Source: Nitrospinales bacterium (GTDB lineage Bacteria > Nitrospinota > Nitrospinia > Nitrospinales > VA-1). Taken from it: DNA of 64,000 nt. The stretch lies in assembly GCA_965262115.1 (NCBI GenBank), contig OZ253496.1:224001-288000 (forward strand), in the 5' to 3' direction. The notes below the pieces were generated by a model, which saw only the letters and a program-made list of their open reading frames with translations, was not told the origin of the DNA and searched no databases. The position numbers were made by a program, and so were the translations under genes. Below are positions 40,967 to 51,505 of the stretch, piece after piece (position 1 is the first letter of the stretch; every line of letters begins with the position of its first letter).

Positions 40967-41569
40967 CTAGAGGCGGGAGGATTCCATCAAACCATCTGCC
41001 TGAGGAGGTAAAAATCCCTGATAGCCGTTATGCCGCTCTATCAATTCCAGAACGGTAAAGGCCTTGCCCTTTTTGATTTCCGGCTGGGTAAAAATCTGCC
41101 GCAGATCTGTTTTTGGGTCACCCGCAATCTTGTCGGCAAACTCTATCCCATGGGTCTTCATTTTGTCGATGGCGTGCTCAATCTCCTCAACCAAAATGGC
41201 GATATGATGAAAAGATTGATCACCATGTGCATGGACCCAATCCGGGATCAGGCTGGACTCACCCCGCTTGCCCTCAAAAGCCTGATCGACAAATAAGCTT
41301 GGGTAACCTGGTTTTCTGTAAACCTTTGCCCACCAGCTATCGAATTCCAGAACGCCCAGGGACTGGTCCTCGGAAAAATCAAGAGGAAAAAGGTCTTCAG
41401 CACGTGTGTCTACATCGAGAGTCCGTAGAGTGCAGTGATCGATTAGGGGCATCAGGCCGACACCACAATTCGAGAGATCATTTGCCATGCAACGCGCAGC
41501 CTTATTTTCAGATAAGAACCGACTGATGTATTCAGCGAAAAAGACATCGGTTTGTTTATCCGATTCCAT
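40967..41569 (-). CDS. VOC-fold metalloprotein resembling DUF1338/HglS
   Basis: DHCTLRT, HHIA, LRQIFT, LELIER...GF...ADGLMES; start placed at 41569 after the upstream small ORF. Confidence 0.6.
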   Translation of the reverse strand: MESDKQTDVFFAEYISRFLSENKAARCMANDLSNCGVGLMPLIDHCTLRTLDVDTRAEDLFPLDFSEDQSLGVLEFDSWWAKVYRKPGYPSLFVDQAFEGKRGESSLIPDWVHAHGDQSFHHIAILVEEIEHAIDKMKTHGIEFADKIAGDPKTDLRQIFTQPEIKKGKAFTVLELIERHNGYQGFLPPQADGLMESSRL

Positions 41570-41570
41570 A

Positions 41571-41729
41571 TTATGAGTTATCGCCAGGTGGAGAGTTTTC
41601 TTCATTTGTATCCTGTCGGCGTTTCTCTTCTATTTTTGGCTGATTGTGGATGAATTTCGCGTATTTGATCATTAAAACCATCATCCCCACAGAAAACAAA
41701 GCTGCCAATGCTAAAAACAGGTTATCCAC
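41571..41729 (-). CDS. Small single-TM protein (52 aa)
   Basis: GAGGAG RBS, GTG start, MDNLFLALAALFSVGMMVLMIKY...; not in the ORF track. Confidence 0.55.
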   Translation of the reverse strand: MDNLFLALAALFSVGMMVLMIKYAKFIHNQPKIEEKRRQDTNEENSPPGDNS

Positions 41730-41974
41730 TCCATCTCCTCTCAATAAATAAGGTTTACACTATTATATCACCACAGCAAAGGCCATGAAAGCGAGAGAGT
41801 AGCCAATTCTGGGAGTCCAGCTTGACAGTTACCTTGAAGTCTAAGTATCCTGCCACTAGCCGTGGAGGTAATGAGCCCGGTCTAGTTGGGCAGAGAAAAT
41901 TTTGCCCGCCAAATAATAATATCGCAATTTACCTGCGGAGGTTCTCCGCTAAATCTGTTGTTAAGGATCATACA

Positions 41975-42922
41975 TTGAACGCGACTACAAAAAAATCAAT
42001 AGAAGTGGATGGAGTCACCCTGCATTTAAGTAAGCCCGATACCACCCGTTCCGAGTGGATTGGGCAGGAAGAAGTCCTCAAGCAAATTCAGGCCTGCTGG
42101 ATGGTGGTTTCTGAAAAGGACTTTCCCCTGTCACCAAGAATCACAGGAATGCCAGGAACCGGAAAAACTACCCTGGCAATGGTAGCTGCGAATCGAATAA
42201 GCCAGCCTCTATATATATTCCAGTGTACCAGCGACACCCGCCCTGAGGATCTTTTGATAACCCCGGTTCTCTCAGAACAAGGCAAAATTTCTTACCACGC
42301 ATCTCCGCTGGTAAGCGCCATGATTGAGGGAGGTATTTGTATTCTTGATGAAGGCAACCGCATGAATGAAAAAAGCTGGGCCTCGCTGGCTCCCCTTCTC
42401 GATCACCGCCGCTACGTAGAATCCATTATTGCGAGAATCCAGATTCACGCCCATAGTGAGTTTCGCGCCTGCGTGACCATGAATAACGACGAGTCCACCT
42501 TCGAGATACCAGATTATATCCTGTCGCGTTTGCAACCCACCTTGCAGATGACGATGCCCAGTTATCAGGATGAACTGGCCATACTGCGATATCACCTTCC
42601 TTTTTCAGAGGAAGAACTTTTAAAAATGACCGTGGATTTCCTGCAAAAATCACATCAATTGGATCTGGACTTTTCTCCCCGCGACGGGATTCATATCCTT
42701 CAATATGCGCTGAAGCGAATCAGTCAGGAAAAAGACAGTCCGCTGGCCAAAGACACAATCTGGCAAGAGGCCATCAGCAAAGTTCTCGGCGAAGAAGCTC
42801 TCGACCTGGATACTCTGGCCGCCCGAAACCGCAAGGCTCTGGGAGAAGAAAGGCTACCTATGGGACTGGGAGATTTCTTTTTCAATGATGACATCCCCTT
42901 ACACCCCGACAGTGACCAATAA
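41975..42922 (+). CDS. MoxR/CbbQ-like AAA+ ATPase
   Basis: [31 protein letters not shown] before TTG at 41975. Confidence 0.85.
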   Translation: MNATTKKSIEVDGVTLHLSKPDTTRSEWIGQEEVLKQIQACWMVVSEKDFPLSPRITGMPGTGKTTLAMVAANRISQPLYIFQCTSDTRPEDLLITPVLSEQGKISYHASPLVSAMIEGGICILDEGNRMNEKSWASLAPLLDHRRYVESIIARIQIHAHSEFRACVTMNNDESTFEIPDYILSRLQPTLQMTMPSYQDELAILRYHLPFSEEELLKMTVDFLQKSHQLDLDFSPRDGIHILQYALKRISQEKDSPLAKDTIWQEAISKVLGEEALDLDTLAARNRKALGEERLPMGLGDFFFNDDIPLHPDSDQ

Positions 42923-42934
42923 AGATTTAAAGCC

Positions 42935-44767
42935 ATGAGTCAGGCCCTCAAACTTAGTGATCGTATTCAATTTTTACCTGTGATCCATGGTAGCGGCAGC
43001 TTTGCGCGGGAAATACGTCATCAACTCTTATCGCTTTCTTGCGATTGTCTGGCGGTTGCGCTTCCTCCTGAATTCAAGCAAACAGTTGAAGAAGGCATCG
43101 AAATTCTTCCGAGCATTTCCCTAAGCTGCCAGGATGAAAAAGATGGCGGAATGAATTATGTGCCTATCGATCCCAGCCAGCCCATAATTATGGGACTGCG
43201 TGTTGCCATGCAGGAAGGAATACCGCGCCATTTTATAGATTGGAGTACGGAAAATTATGAAAAAAGAAGTGTCGATTTTCCCGACAGTTTTGCCTTGAGT
43301 AATGTGCCCTACGAAAAGTTTGTCAGCACCCTGCTTTTAACCCAAAAGCGACCGAGAGATAAAAGCCAGCACTTCTGGCGGGCACGATGGATGGCTTATC
43401 AGCTTCATCAACTGGAGATGGAATATTCTAATATTACCGTCCTATGTTCCATTTTGGACTGGCCTTGGATCAAGGAGGCTTATGATGATCGGTTGGAGGT
43501 CATTCCTCCTCAAAAAGCTGAAGGTCTGCCGGCATTGTCTGGCGTGGACAAAAACACCTTATTCTTTGCGCTCACCGAATTGCCCTACGTGACTTATTTG
43601 TATGAAAAAAAGCGGCTGGAACTCAGGCCTGACAATAACGCACCGGTTGACGGGGTCAAAGAAATCCTTTTGCGTGCTCGTGAACTATTTATTAAAAAAC
43701 ACAAAATTCGTTATCACAACCTGACTTCCCAGACTTTTCAAATCCTCTTGCAATATATTCGCAACCTGACTTTAATGGAGTCTCGACTCCTACCCGATCT
43801 CTATACACTGGTGAATGCTGCCAAACAATTCGGTGGGGACCCCTTTGCAATTGCGGTTTTGGAAGCGGCTAGGGAATATCCCTTCGAACCTGCCGATAAT
43901 TTACCAGAGACCCTTTCGCTGGGCATCGATCAAGCTTTACCGGATGAAGAAGACGCCAAGCCGCTCAGCATGAAAAATCGCCTGTCGGAAACCCATTTTG
44001 AATGGCGGACTCTGAATTTAAAACCCGAGCCGGACATCAGGTCGCAGGAAAAATGGCAACACCGCTGGGATCCTAATGGGCAATGTTCCTGGCCACCGGA
44101 AGATGAAAAAATAGAAAACCTGAACACCCATGTGCGTGAACAAACCAAGCTTTTATTGAGTCACGACCTGGCCCGGACCGAAAAATTCACCTCCTCTGTA
44201 AAAGATGGCATAGATATCAGGGATACTCTGCGCCACTGGTATGAAGGAGATATTTATGTGAAAGAAATTCCCCCTTCCCGAGGGCAGGTTGAAATCATTG
44301 TCTTTCTTTTTGATCCAGAGCCTGAGCCGCACAAGTATAATTGGCGCCAAACCTGGTACGCAGAGCATGACAAAGAGTCCACCCTATGTTTTTTTGCCAC
44401 CCAATACATGGACGATTTAATCGGACCGGGCATTGGCCAATCCACTTATGGAGGATGCATGATGATTTATCCTCCCCGCCCTATTCCGGATATATGGCAG
44501 GACTCCCGCATTCGTTTTTCGGAGACCCTGGAAGAAAAGCTTCTTGAAGCGGCTTTTTTTCACTCCAAGGAAAAGCATGTCACCGTTGTCGCACCCTGTG
44601 CACCGCGGATAACCTGGCGCAGGCTGGCCAGAAGATACGGTAAAAGAATCATTCATATTCCCCTGAAACGATTTTCCAATCAGACGATTGAAAAAGTAAG
44701 GCGGTTCCATGTGCTCAACGGAAAGAATATTCGTTCTTACGCGCAACGTTTCATTCAAGATCTCTAG
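42935..44767 (+). CDS. Conserved-looking hypothetical protein (610 aa), partner of the AAA ATPase
   Basis: Long ORF 12 bp after the ATPase; LPVIHGS N-terminus, DGIDIRDTLR motif. Confidence 0.8.
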   Translation: MSQALKLSDRIQFLPVIHGSGSFAREIRHQLLSLSCDCLAVALPPEFKQTVEEGIEILPSISLSCQDEKDGGMNYVPIDPSQPIIMGLRVAMQEGIPRHFIDWSTENYEKRSVDFPDSFALSNVPYEKFVSTLLLTQKRPRDKSQHFWRARWMAYQLHQLEMEYSNITVLCSILDWPWIKEAYDDRLEVIPPQKAEGLPALSGVDKNTLFFALTELPYVTYLYEKKRLELRPDNNAPVDGVKEILLRARELFIKKHKIRYHNLTSQTFQILLQYIRNLTLMESRLLPDLYTLVNAAKQFGGDPFAIAVLEAAREYPFEPADNLPETLSLGIDQALPDEEDAKPLSMKNRLSETHFEWRTLNLKPEPDIRSQEKWQHRWDPNGQCSWPPEDEKIENLNTHVREQTKLLLSHDLARTEKFTSSVKDGIDIRDTLRHWYEGDIYVKEIPPSRGQVEIIVFLFDPEPEPHKYNWRQTWYAEHDKESTLCFFATQYMDDLIGPGIGQSTYGGCMMIYPPRPIPDIWQDSRIRFSETLEEKLLEAAFFHSKEKHVTVVAPCAPRITWRRLARRYGKRIIHIPLKRFSNQTIEKVRRFHVLNGKNIRSYAQRFIQDL

Positions 44768-44781
44768 CAATACATAATCTA

Positions 44782-45756
44782 TTAATTAATTGGTTTTACA
44801 AGATACGATTGCACCCCATCAATCAGGGTCTTTTTTTCGGTTGTTTCAATTATTTCCCGCAACATCCTCTTACCCCTGCCTATAGAAGACAAGAGAACAA
44901 CTATTTCCCATTTTTTGACGCTCAATTTACTCTCAAAATCACTATGGTTAGGATTTAAATATGGATTCAAATATGCGGAGGGAATCTTTGAAGTATCGCT
45001 ATTTACCATCACCGTGCGGAATAGCGTTCTATGCCTTGGTGCCTTTAAAAATAGATTTAAAAGAAAGCCTTCATTGCCGCCCATATCAATATCAAAAATA
45101 GGAGGAAATACTATAAAAATAGTAGGCGGAGCATCTGAGTTATTAATCAGTAGGGATGTATCACCAACAGCACTTGGATCTTCAATGGCATAAGTTTCTA
45201 TTTCACCCTTGAGGCCAACCACTTGACTTTCATAATCTAAGTTTATATTTCCAGGGGCCATTCTGGACAGCTTCATATCCCATTCAAATACTTGAAAACT
45301 ACCAAAAGATTTAATTAATCTTGTAGACTTTTCAGGAATGATGACCTCAACATCATTAAATACGAGGTGGTTTGTGGAAGACCCAAGGAACGACAGTGGA
45401 AGACCCAAGGAACGACAAGTGTAGTATGCCAGCGGAATAGCCAGAACCCCTGCTATTAGAGAGGGAAGGCGAAAACTCACTTCATGGTCACCAAAAATCA
45501 ACAGACAGAAATTGGATAGAATCGAAAAAAAAGAGTGCTGGTTTGAATCGTAGTAATTTAAAAGAAGTTCTGAAAAATTAAGATGTGCATAATGATTAAA
45601 GGTTATGGCCTCATCACCAGCCAAGGGAGAGCCGATGGTAAAGAGTCTGAGAATTAAAGCTCCCAAAAATAATGCGAGCAGCAAAATTTTTTGATAATTC
45701 TTGTTTTCACCAATTAACATAGTTGTTATCTTTACTTTGGAGCTTAAGTGTTCCAC
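44782..45756 (-). pseudogene. Truncated ArnT/GT39-like membrane glycosyltransferase N-terminus joined to a soluble region
   Basis: LRL...GDE...RLPSLIAG TM start, then the TM pattern stops at a 22-bp tandem duplication. Confidence 0.5.
45374..45417. repeat. Perfect 22-bp tandem duplication
   Basis: GTGGAAGACCCAAGGAACGACA at 45374-95 and 45396-417. Confidence 0.95.
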
Positions 45757-45868
45757 TATTGCTGACAGAGAATTGTACTTTTAAGCATTAAAAACTGTAG
45801 AGACATTAGCATAATTTTTTAAAATATCCATTTCCAAAAATTTCATTATTTAGCGACTCTCTGAAAAT

Positions 45869-46330
45869 ATGGCCCCTGAAATAAATATTCGTGCAGCTCA
45901 CAAGGGTGACCTTGCCATATTGGTGCAAAACAATCAGGCTTTGGCACAAGAAACTGAAGCTTTAGAGCTGAACAAAGAGGTACTGCGAGAAGGCATCGAG
46001 CAGGCATTAAATCGGGAGGAGTGCCATTATTTCGTTGCCGTGATAGCCGGAAAAGTTGTTGGGCAAACCATGATCACTTGTGAATGGAGTGACTGGCGCA
46101 ACGGTATTATTTGGTGGATGCAAAGCGTTTACGTACATCCCGATTACCGCAAACAAGGAGTTTTTAGCACCCTGTTCAAACATATCGAAGACCTTGTCCG
46201 CAGCCATCCTCAAGTAAAAGCATTACGGTTGTATGTCATGCACAATAACAATACAGGGCAACGCACCTACCAAAGTCTGGGGATGAATGATTCGGGCTAT
46301 ATCGTTTTTGAAAAAGAGCACTTCACCTGA
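45869..46330 (+). CDS. GNAT N-acetyltransferase
   Basis: EWSDWRNG, SVYVHPDYRKQGV, YQSLGM. Confidence 0.9.
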   Translation: MAPEINIRAAHKGDLAILVQNNQALAQETEALELNKEVLREGIEQALNREECHYFVAVIAGKVVGQTMITCEWSDWRNGIIWWMQSVYVHPDYRKQGVFSTLFKHIEDLVRSHPQVKALRLYVMHNNNTGQRTYQSLGMNDSGYIVFEKEHFT

Positions 46331-46348
46331 ATGAGTCTTTCAACGGAC

Positions 46349-46936
46349 TCAATTCAGCCGACCTGGGGGAGGCGTTTCCAAGGATAAAAAATTACTATGA
46401 AGCGGGGAGTTACGAGAAAAAGCTTCCTGAACTGGATCAGGGAAAGCCCGGTCGCATTCGCTGAGATATTTCATCACCGCTATCATCCAGTCTGATTCAT
46501 GCGGAGAATGAATAACGGCAATATTTTTGTCCTCATAGTCCCTGCAAATTTGATCCGATGCCTGACTGGTTCCGGGAAGGGTGTCCCTTTTTTTTATAGT
46601 AAGCGGACGAAGCGGATCGACATGGATGATTTTCAGCCCCTTGTATTTTCCAGGAACATCTTCTTCGATAAACTCTTCGATGGGGATGCCATTGACATTG
46701 GTGAGTCCCGGTTGTGCCAAAGATGCAATGTAAATGGGGACCCTTTTTATGGATGCCTGTTCGGCGTAGCCCTCGCGAAGAACCGTCTCATTTTTATCTG
46801 TCTGGCCAAACACTACAAAGTCCCAATGTCCGTAGGTCAACTGCTTCTGTTTTTGAATGGTGACGGTGTTTTCATAAGCCTCAACAAGTTTTTCATAAAC
46901 TTTCTGGTCGCTGGTTCTGACTTTAATTTTTGGCAT
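46349..46936 (-). CDS. Hypothetical protein
   Basis: 195-aa ORF; no recognised motif. Confidence 0.65.
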   Translation of the reverse strand: MPKIKVRTSDQKVYEKLVEAYENTVTIQKQKQLTYGHWDFVVFGQTDKNETVLREGYAEQASIKRVPIYIASLAQPGLTNVNGIPIEEFIEEDVPGKYKGLKIIHVDPLRPLTIKKRDTLPGTSQASDQICRDYEDKNIAVIHSPHESDWMIAVMKYLSECDRAFPDPVQEAFSRNSPLHSNFLSLETPPPGRLN

Positions 46937-47167
46937 TTAATATCCTGATAAAAAAGATTCCAAGCACAATTATAACATGCCCACTTCTTCAGGAGGAAAT
47001 TAGCAATAACTTTATATCCCTCCGGGGCACCATATCCAGGAAGGGGTACCACAACCTCACGCTGAGTGGAAATATTTTGTCTCCATTCACTCCAGCTTTG
47101 CTATACTGCTCAAAGTAAAGCCTCTTATACACGCGTTCAATAATTCCCACCTGAACCGAAACCCTGA

Positions 47168-48733
47168 ATGGAAAGCAATAAAAAAATAAGTAAAGCGGCA
47201 GGCGTTGTAAGCGGGATGACCCTGTTGTCCAGGGTTTTCGGGTTCCTGCGTGACATGGTTATTGCTATGGCATTTGGCTCCTCGGCATCTGCCGACGCTT
47301 TTTTTGTCGCTTTCCGAATCCCCAATATGCAACGCAGAATTTTAGGCGAAGGTGCGGTGACGTCAGCTTTCATTCCTGTTTTCACCGAGACACTGACTCA
47401 AAAAGGTGAATCCGCCGCGTGGAAATTGACCGCTAACTTGTTCAATATTCTTTTTATTATTTTATCCGCAGTATCCCTGTTGATCCTGATATTTTCTCCG
47501 GCCGTGATAACGGTTTTTGCCCCCGGGTTTCTTGACGAACCCGATAAATTTAAAATGACGGTTAATTTGACACGCTGGATGGCCACTTATCTTTTCTTTA
47601 TTGGTCTTGCCGCCTTCTGTATGGGGATTTTAAACACCCTGAAAGTTTTCGCCCTTCCAGCCGCAACCCCCATTTTGCAGAATGTCAGCATGATTATGTC
47701 GGTTCTCATCATTGCTCCATTAATGGATGAGCCGATCATGGGACTGGCCATTGGTGTTGTGGCAGGAGGAGCCCTGCAATTGTTGATTCAGCTTCCCGCC
47801 GTGTTGAAAAAAGGCATGCGATTTGAAAAAACTCTTAACTTCAAGCAGGAAGAAGTCGTCAAAATCGCCCGGCTGATGGGACCTGTTGTATTGGGCCTGG
47901 CTGTTTATGAAGTTAATATCATGATCGATACCCTCATCGCTTCCCTGCTTCCGGGCGGATCGATCTCATACCTTTATTATGGCAACCGACTGGTGCAACT
48001 GCCTCTGGGAATATTTGCGGTAGCCTTAGGGATCGCCCTTCTTCCTATGTTATCGGGTCAGGCCGCAAAGGGTGACCTGAAAGATCTAGTCCAAACCTTG
48101 GGCTTCAGCATTCGCCTCATCCTTTTTGTCACCATACCCGCTACGGTAGGATTGATCATTCTGCGTGAACCCATCATCAATACCTTGTGGGAACGGGGTG
48201 AATTCCTCGCTTCCACCACCGAGGGCACTGCCATTGCCATACTTTATTATTCCATAGGTCTGTGTGCTTATTCAGGAATTAAAATCATCGCGCCGGCTTT
48301 TTATTCCCTTCAAGACACCAAAACTCCGGCTAAAATTGGCATTTATTCCATGATTCTCAATACGGTTTTGAATCTCATTTTAATGGGCCCCTTGCAACAC
48401 GGAGGGCTGGCACTGGCCACTTCCCTGGCGGCTTTATTTAATGTCGCTTTGTTGATCTACTACTTAAGAAAACGCCTGGGCCTGATGGGTGGAAGGAAAA
48501 TACTGCGTTCGACTATTAAAATGTCTGCTGCGGCAATAGTCATGGGTGCCATCACTTTTCTTTGCAGGGAAAGTTTTTTCCATGCCGGGGATCCCCTATC
48601 CATCCGACTGTTTGTCCTGACTGCTTGCATATCTGTCGGAATATTGGTATATGCCTTAATCTCTCACTTGACTAGAAATGAAGAATGGCGTTTTCTTCTG
48701 GATTTGAGAAAGAAAAAACAAATACCCGTTTAA
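47168..48733 (+). CDS. murJ: Lipid II flippase
   Basis: SRVFGFLRD, AFRIPN, GEGA, RLVQLPLG, FYSLQDTKTP. Confidence 0.96.
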   Translation: MESNKKISKAAGVVSGMTLLSRVFGFLRDMVIAMAFGSSASADAFFVAFRIPNMQRRILGEGAVTSAFIPVFTETLTQKGESAAWKLTANLFNILFIILSAVSLLILIFSPAVITVFAPGFLDEPDKFKMTVNLTRWMATYLFFIGLAAFCMGILNTLKVFALPAATPILQNVSMIMSVLIIAPLMDEPIMGLAIGVVAGGALQLLIQLPAVLKKGMRFEKTLNFKQEEVVKIARLMGPVVLGLAVYEVNIMIDTLIASLLPGGSISYLYYGNRLVQLPLGIFAVALGIALLPMLSGQAAKGDLKDLVQTLGFSIRLILFVTIPATVGLIILREPIINTLWERGEFLASTTEGTAIAILYYSIGLCAYSGIKIIAPAFYSLQDTKTPAKIGIYSMILNTVLNLILMGPLQHGGLALATSLAALFNVALLIYYLRKRLGLMGGRKILRSTIKMSAAAIVMGAITFLCRESFFHAGDPLSIRLFVLTACISVGILVYALISHLTRNEEWRFLLDLRKKKQIPV

Positions 48734-48771
48734 CCCGCTTTTGCAAACACAAGATAAAGGATAACCCTCTT

Positions 48772-49386
48772 ATGATCGTCACCTGCCTGGATTTGGAAGG
48801 AGTTCTGGTTCCTGAAATCTGGATCGCCTTCGCTGAGAAAACTGGCATTGAGAAGTTGCGTCTCACCACGCGGGATATCCCCGATTACAATGACCTGATG
48901 CGGGGGCGACTCAAAATTCTTGATGAAAACAATCTTAAACTTTCTGATATCGAATACGTCATCGGAGGTATTGCCCCTCTTCCAGGGGCGAAGGAATTCT
49001 TATCCTGGCTGGAAAGCGAATTCCAGGTCATCATCCTCTCTGACACCTTTAACCAGTTCGCTGGGCCTTTGATGGCACAGCTTGACTACCCCACCCTGTT
49101 TTGCCATGACCTGATTGTTGATGAAGCCGGACGAATTGCCGATTACCGTTTGCGGATTTCCGATGCAAAAACCAAGGCAGTGGTGGCATTGAAAGGGATC
49201 AATCTGAAAGTCATAGCCGCCGGAGATTCTTACAACGATATTGGAATGCTGAAAGAAGCAGATGCTGGGATTTTGTTCAGGGCTCCTGATAACATTGTGG
49301 AAGAATTTCCCCAGTTTCCGGTGACCCAAACTTATGAAGAATTTAAAACAGCGATCCTTGAAGCCAGTAACAAACTGGGCGACTGA
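48772..49386 (+). CDS. thrH: Phosphoserine phosphatase / homoserine phosphotransferase (HAD family)
   Basis: CLDLEGVLVPEIW, LSDTF, AGDSYND. Confidence 0.93.
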   Translation: MIVTCLDLEGVLVPEIWIAFAEKTGIEKLRLTTRDIPDYNDLMRGRLKILDENNLKLSDIEYVIGGIAPLPGAKEFLSWLESEFQVIILSDTFNQFAGPLMAQLDYPTLFCHDLIVDEAGRIADYRLRISDAKTKAVVALKGINLKVIAAGDSYNDIGMLKEADAGILFRAPDNIVEEFPQFPVTQTYEEFKTAILEASNKLGD

Positions 49387-49391
49387 AAAGA

Positions 49392-49910
49392 TTATTTAAT
49401 TTCAGAATCAAGAAGTTTGTTACCCACCCATCCGGTCCGAACCTGTTCTCCATGCCTCGGTTTTGAACGAATTTTTGACCACTTGCCTTTTTTCTCCAGG
49501 ACTTCAACCTGAGTGCCTTGAGTCAGCACAAAAAGAACTTTGCCCTTCTTTGTGCTGGGTTTGTCACGCAAATTGGCAAAGCTCACTTTAACCTTAAAAA
49601 ATAATTCAAAATCTTCGTCTTCAGCAACCTTAAGGGGAACTTCGGCAGTGACCGTTTTCTGAAAAAGGTTTTGCAGATTGATGTCCAGCTTGAATACAGC
49701 GATCACAATGAAAATCAGGGTTAGCAGAGCAATACGCGAAGAAGCTTGGGAAACATTCAAGCCTTTTTCGGGGTCGGGTTCAGGAGGTACAGGAGGATCG
49801 CATTGGACGCAATAAAAGCCCGGAGCAGGCAGAAGGGTTCCGCAAGTATCACAGTATTGATATTTGCGCTTCATATTAGGATAAGTGGTCTTGCTTGTAA
49901 TCGGGTTCAT
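49392..49910 (-). CDS. Zinc-ribbon + TM + SH3b domain protein
   Basis: CDTC...CVQC, TM helix, ANLRDKPS...GTQVEVL...W...TGWV. Confidence 0.75.
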   Translation of the reverse strand: MNPITSKTTYPNMKRKYQYCDTCGTLLPAPGFYCVQCDPPVPPEPDPEKGLNVSQASSRIALLTLIFIVIAVFKLDINLQNLFQKTVTAEVPLKVAEDEDFELFFKVKVSFANLRDKPSTKKGKVLFVLTQGTQVEVLEKKGKWSKIRSKPRHGEQVRTGWVGNKLLDSEIK

Positions 49911-49920
49911 CCCCCGCCTT

Positions 49921-51438
49921 TTAATTGAGCCGATAAATTTGACGGTATTTATTTTTCAAATAATCGAGAAAACTTTCCGGATTCAAATTTTCCCCAGTGA
50001 CCTTCTTAACCAGATCAGGAACCGATAGCAACCTTCCTTGTTGATGAATCTGAATACCCAGCCAATCCCGCACCGAAGCCAGGTTTCCCGCTTCGACATG
50101 TTTTTCAATATCAGGCTGGGCTTGGATCAAAGCTTGATAAAACTGGCTGGCATAAATTGCCCCTAATGTATAGGAAGGGAAATAACCAAAGGCTCCCCCA
50201 CTCCAATGCGTGTCCTGCAAAACTCCAAGTGTGTCCGTTGGCGGTTCCACGCCCAAATATTCTTTCATTTTAACATTCCATATCTCCGGCAAATCCTCAA
50301 CCTGAACCGATCCGTCAAATAAACCTTTTTCCAGTTCATAGCGCAGGATGACATGCAGTGGATAGGTCACCTCGTCGGCTTCCACCCTTATTAGCGAAGG
50401 TTGGCTGACATTAACCCCCTCATAAAATTTTTCGGAAGTCACGTCTTTGAAATTTTGTGGGAATGTTTCGGCAAGCAGTGGCAGGTAGCGAGTGCAAAAG
50501 GGTCTTCCCTGCGCGATCATGCGTTCCCAGAACAGTGACTGCGATTCATGAATAGCCATGGTGAGTGCTTCGGATACAGGCAGATCACGCCCATTCTGCA
50601 TGCGCCCCTGTTCATAAAGTCCGTGACCGGTCTCATGAATGACCGCATATAATGATTCGACAAAATTATCTATTCGGTAGCGAGTAGTAATGCGGACGTC
50701 TGTCGGATGACTGCCCCCGCAAAAAGGATGCACCGAAACATCCATCCGGCCTTTGTCAAACTGGAACCCCATCTCTTCGCTGATCTTGCGGCCTAACGCT
50801 TCCTGTTTTTCAATGGGGAACCGGCCTGATAAAAAACCCGTATCGGGCTGGTAGTCGGACTCTTGAATGGATTTTATCAGTGGAATCAGTTCCGCTTTAA
50901 GCCTGTCGAAAACGGGGGTGATGTCCTTCTGAGTAGTGCCTCTTTCATAAATATCAATATTGGCGTCATAGGCTTCCATATCGGGGAAAACATGGCCAGC
51001 CCACTTTATTTTCAAATCCACCAGGCGTTTTAAAACCGGGGCAAAATCGGAAAACTTGTTTTCAGCACGGGCTTTCACCCAGATCTGATGAGCTCGGGAG
51101 GACAGTTCCGCCAACTCTGTGACCAGTGCTTTGGGAATCCGTGTAGCCATGTCGAAATCCCGGCGGGCCTCGCGGATATTGCACCATTCAAAAGCAGTGA
51201 ATCCATTTTCATCGGCATGGGGGAGACGATCGAGCAACTTTCCCATTTCAGAGTGAATGGTTTTTTCGTGAAGAACCCCGGCCAAAGCTCCGATCTGCTG
51301 GGCTCGGGATTCTGAGGCTCCTGCAGGCATGATAACCTCCTGATCCCAATGCAGGATGCCCATGATCCCGCCTAAGCGGTTGTTCTCCTCCAACAGGTGA
51401 ACCAGTGAAAAATAATCTTCTCTTAGACCTTCGTTCAT
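49921..51438 (-). CDS. Carboxypeptidase M32 (Taq family)
   Basis: HPF, DVRITTR, HETGH, HESQS, IRVEADE, GYFPSY. Confidence 0.95.
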   Translation of the reverse strand: MNEGLREDYFSLVHLLEENNRLGGIMGILHWDQEVIMPAGASESRAQQIGALAGVLHEKTIHSEMGKLLDRLPHADENGFTAFEWCNIREARRDFDMATRIPKALVTELAELSSRAHQIWVKARAENKFSDFAPVLKRLVDLKIKWAGHVFPDMEAYDANIDIYERGTTQKDITPVFDRLKAELIPLIKSIQESDYQPDTGFLSGRFPIEKQEALGRKISEEMGFQFDKGRMDVSVHPFCGGSHPTDVRITTRYRIDNFVESLYAVIHETGHGLYEQGRMQNGRDLPVSEALTMAIHESQSLFWERMIAQGRPFCTRYLPLLAETFPQNFKDVTSEKFYEGVNVSQPSLIRVEADEVTYPLHVILRYELEKGLFDGSVQVEDLPEIWNVKMKEYLGVEPPTDTLGVLQDTHWSGGAFGYFPSYTLGAIYASQFYQALIQAQPDIEKHVEAGNLASVRDWLGIQIHQQGRLLSVPDLVKKVTGENLNPESFLDYLKNKYRQIYRLN

Positions 51439-51505
51439 GCCGTAATACGCCTCCAGGAAAGAACAGATCGGTATATAAAATCAGTTAATAGCATAGAGCT
51501 ACCAG

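Noticed and set aside
41822..41974. N-terminal extension of the AAA ATPase in the ORF track
   Set aside because: The TTG at 41822 is part of a TTGACA box, and a better RBS and start lie at 41975.
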